This document shows positions 28,676-30,031 of a stretch of 30,031 nt of DNA, one piece after another. Position 1 is the first letter of the stretch. Every line of letters starts with the position of its first letter. Position numbers and translations under genes: made by a program. Source of the DNA: Bacteroidia bacterium (GTDB taxonomy: Bacteria > Bacteroidota > Bacteroidia > Bacteroidales > VadinHA17); assembly GCA_026391215.1 (NCBI GenBank), contig JAPLDX010000096.1, forward strand, positions 1 to 30,031. Direction: 5' to 3'. The notes under the pieces are model-generated. The model was not told the DNA's origin. It searched no databases and saw only the letters and a program-made list of their open reading frames with translations.

Positions 28676-28687
28676 ATTACCGCTGAC
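28676..28687 (-). mobile_element. Core (R'-type) site at the 5' boundary of the first cassette
   Basis: The minus strand reads GTCAGCGGTAAT, ending 15 bp before the ATG. It matches the reverse complement of the gene's 3' end (GTTAGCGGTTAT) at 10 of 12 positions. Confidence 0.6.
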
Positions 28688-28864
28688 GGGATTCAACCAC
28701 ACGGATCCTGGGTCCCTTTTATCTTTTATCTTGTTCACAGCAAAGCTTGGTCAGTCCCAAAAGCAAATAATACATAATATATTGAATTACCACCTGATAT
28801 TGTGCTTTTGTCCGACTTTCATCCGCCCCGGTATATAAAATTACACAAAAAAAATAATATCCCT

Positions 28865-28872
28865 TAAATTTG
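28865..28872 (+). promoter_or_regulatory. Bacteroidota -7 promoter box for the NUDIX gene
   Basis: TAAATTTG matches TAnnTTTG, 50 bp upstream of the ATG. Confidence 0.4.
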
Positions 28873-28922
28873 AAATATAATCATGATCTGATTTCTCAGA
28901 AAAGACAGTAATTTCACCAACA

Positions 28923-29336
28923 ATGAAACAGATCGCTGCCATAATATTTGAAAGTGATAAAGGAGAGTTTCTCTTTTATCTGAGAGACAACAAGCCGGGT
29001 ATCCCATTTCCGCTTCACTGGGACCTCTTCGGCGGACATGTGGAGGAGGGTGAAACACCGGAAGAAGCGCTTGTGAGGGAAGTAAAGGAAGAGCTTGACT
29101 ACGACCTTAAGGATTACAGGTTCTTCAGAAAATATGAATGTTCTGTAGGAGATGCATATCCAAATGTGAAATATATTTTCTCGGGCAGGTTCAGCTTGCC
29201 GGTTGAAGAGATTACTCTCCTTGAGGGAGAATATGTAAGGTACTTTAAGAGAGAGGAAATCCCTGGTATTAAATTCGCCAATATTCTGAAAGATATTGTC
29301 TTAGACTATATTGACAGCCGGCAGGATCAGGTTTGA
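28923..29336 (+). CDS. NUDIX hydrolase
   Basis: Nudix box GGHVEEGETPEEALVREVKEEL, preceded by LRDNKPGIPFPLHWDLFGG. Confidence 0.92.
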   Translation: MKQIAAIIFESDKGEFLFYLRDNKPGIPFPLHWDLFGGHVEEGETPEEALVREVKEELDYDLKDYRFFRKYECSVGDAYPNVKYIFSGRFSLPVEEITLLEGEYVRYFKREEIPGIKFANILKDIVLDYIDSRQDQV

Positions 29337-29371
29337 GATATAGCTCACTATGCAATTTTTACTCTATTTAT

Positions 29372-29401
29372 TTTGGATAAAGAAAATTTCGCTTATTTTT
29401 G
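29372..29401 (+). promoter_or_regulatory. Bacteroidota sigma-A promoter of the tRNA locus
   Basis: -33 TTTG (29372-29375) and -7 TATTTTTG (29394-29401), with an 18-bp spacer. Confidence 0.6.
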
Positions 29402-29413
29402 CCTCGCAATTAT

Positions 29414-29455
29414 GGCGCGGTAGTTTCCCGGGTTCCCGGGATTAGAATATCGGCC
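29414..29455 (+). pseudogene. Broken tRNA-Asp 5' half with a palindrome in the D-arm
   Basis: GGCGCGGTAGTT-[TCCCGGGTTCCCGGGA]-TTAGAATATCGGCC versus the intact GGTGTGGTAGTT-CAGTTGG-TTAGAATATCGGCC. It stops just before the anticodon. Confidence 0.75.
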
Positions 29456-29471
29456 AGAGCATTGAGATGAT

Positions 29472-29545
29472 GGTGTGGTAGTTCAGTTGGTTAGAATATC
29501 GGCCTGTCACGCCGAGGGTCGCGGGTTCGAGTCCCGTCCACACCG
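29472..29545 (+). tRNA. tRNA-Asp(GTC)
   Basis: Acceptor stem GGTGTGG/CCACACC, D-arm GTTC..GAAT, anticodon arm TCGGC-CTGTCAC-GCCGA (GTC at 29506-29508), T-arm GCGGG-TTCGAGT-CCCGT. CCA is not encoded. Confidence 0.97.
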
Positions 29546-29558
29546 CAAGAGAAAACAA

Positions 29559-29588
29559 AAGGCCATCCCGCGATCGCGGGATGGCCTT
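29559..29588. repeat. Perfect 30-bp palindrome (terminator or REP-like)
   Basis: AAGGCCATCCCGCGA|TCGCGGGATGGCCTT. Confidence 0.8.
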
Positions 29589-29589
29589 A

Positions 29590-29671
29590 GTATTTTAGGG
29601 CTTCACCGCTGACAGCTTGCAGGCATAAGGTGAAAGCCCTAAAATACGCCAAATGCTGCAGCGCAGCATTT
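29590..29671. repeat. Two further tandem hairpins
   Basis: GTATTTTAGGGCTTCACC...GGTGAAAGCCCTAAAATAC (29590-29647) and AAATGCTGC-agc-GCAGCATTT (29651-29671). Confidence 0.75.
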
Positions 29672-29721
29672 TTGTTTTCTCTTGCTCAGGTAACCTCAGG
29701 ATGAAAGGGTCCGGCGGAGCC

Positions 29722-29738
29722 AGTCCCGTCCACACCGC
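29722..29738 (+). repeat. 17-bp direct repeat of the tRNA-Asp 3' end (att-like)
   Basis: AGTCCCGTCCACACCGC, identical to 29530-29546. Confidence 0.85.
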
Positions 29739-29753
29739 GCAATTGAAACGCTT

Positions 29754-29786
29754 AGCCCCTGTAAATCAGGGGCTTCGCTATTTTTT
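29754..29786 (+). terminator. Intrinsic terminator-like hairpin after the att-like repeat
   Basis: AGCCCCTG-taaat-CAGGGGCT followed by tcgctaTTTTTT. Confidence 0.6.
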
Positions 29787-29939
29787 AGTAGTTTGTTTGC
29801 ACAACCATTGCACAATATAACTTGAAACTGCCCTTTTTTCAGGGAATATGTATTTTTGATATGGGGGGCTTCCATTTGCCATTTACGGCAAACAGGATTA
29901 TTGCTAATCAAATAGTCTCCCCTCTTATTTCATCAGCAC

Positions 29940-29981
29940 AAAAAACTAAGCCCCCGGATCTGATTTCCGAGGGCTATTTTT
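29940..29981. terminator. Probable bidirectional terminator
   Basis: An A-run, then the imperfect stem AGCCCCCGGA...TCCGAGGGCT, then a T-run. Confidence 0.6.
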
Positions 29982-30006
29982 GTAAACATTCACAAGTAAT
30001 AATAGG

Positions 30007-30031
30007 CTATTTTACAATCCAGTCAGTGTAT
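30007..30031 (-). CDS. Possible 3' end of a convergent gene starting outside the window (...YTDWIVK*)
   Basis: Open minus-strand frame ending in TAG about 30 bp before the terminator hairpin. Too short to identify. Confidence 0.3.

Larger units (their letters stand above)
9223..28687 (-). mobile_element. Degenerate integron-type gene-cassette array without an integrase (CALIN-like); left boundary uncertain
   Basis: About 22 co-oriented unrelated genes, attC-like sites at 5 junctions in the right-hand 6 kb, a TA module, duplicated cargo and deletion remnants. Confidence 0.6.

Noticed and set aside
28661-28738. N-terminal extension of the 361-aa ORF (GTG start at 28738)
   Set aside because: A clean signal peptide begins at ATG 28660, matching the paralog, and the extension crosses the putative recombination core.
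414-29058. Numerous 60-145 aa antisense or alternate-frame ORFs in the ORF track
   Set aside because: They lie within or largely overlap well-supported genes and show no independent motifs.
29696-29911. 71-aa minus-strand ORF
   Set aside because: It overlaps the tRNA-end repeat and hairpins and has no recognisable motif, so it is probably spurious.
1-30031. CRISPR array, IS transposase, integrase or prophage
   Set aside because: There are no regularly spaced identical repeats and no ORF with DDE, HUH or tyrosine/serine recombinase motifs.

Overview
AT-rich window that looks Bacteroidota (probably Bacteroidales), judged from TAnnTTTG promoter boxes, CarboxypepD_reg-like genes, a TonB-C gene and an LTA-synthase-family sulfatase. 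Positions 1-9.2 kb hold ordinary genes: speA 3' end, Yip1, sulfatase, TIM-barrel isomerase, M48 protease, NAD(P)-binding protein, ABC-2 exporter and blc. Positions 9.2-28.7 kb are an unbroken run of about 22 functionally unrelated genes, all on the minus strand, including a RelE/ParE toxin-antitoxin pair, two paralogous CarboxypepD_reg genes, hcp, orphan purC, trpF and rsgA, and three eroded gene remnants. The genes at the head (right end) of the run are delimited by integron attC-like sites. One is a near-complete 62-bp site, the first gene has complementary core ends, and further left arms decay with distance, their CTAAC core reading CTGAC. No integrase is present in the window. I interpret this as a fossilising integron-type cassette array (CALIN-like) in a Bacteroidota genome. 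The right end has a NUDIX gene and a tRNA-Asp locus with a broken 5' tRNA copy, a duplicated 3' end, several palindromes and possible integrase arm-site remnants. All family assignments come from motif recognition by eye, not database searches.
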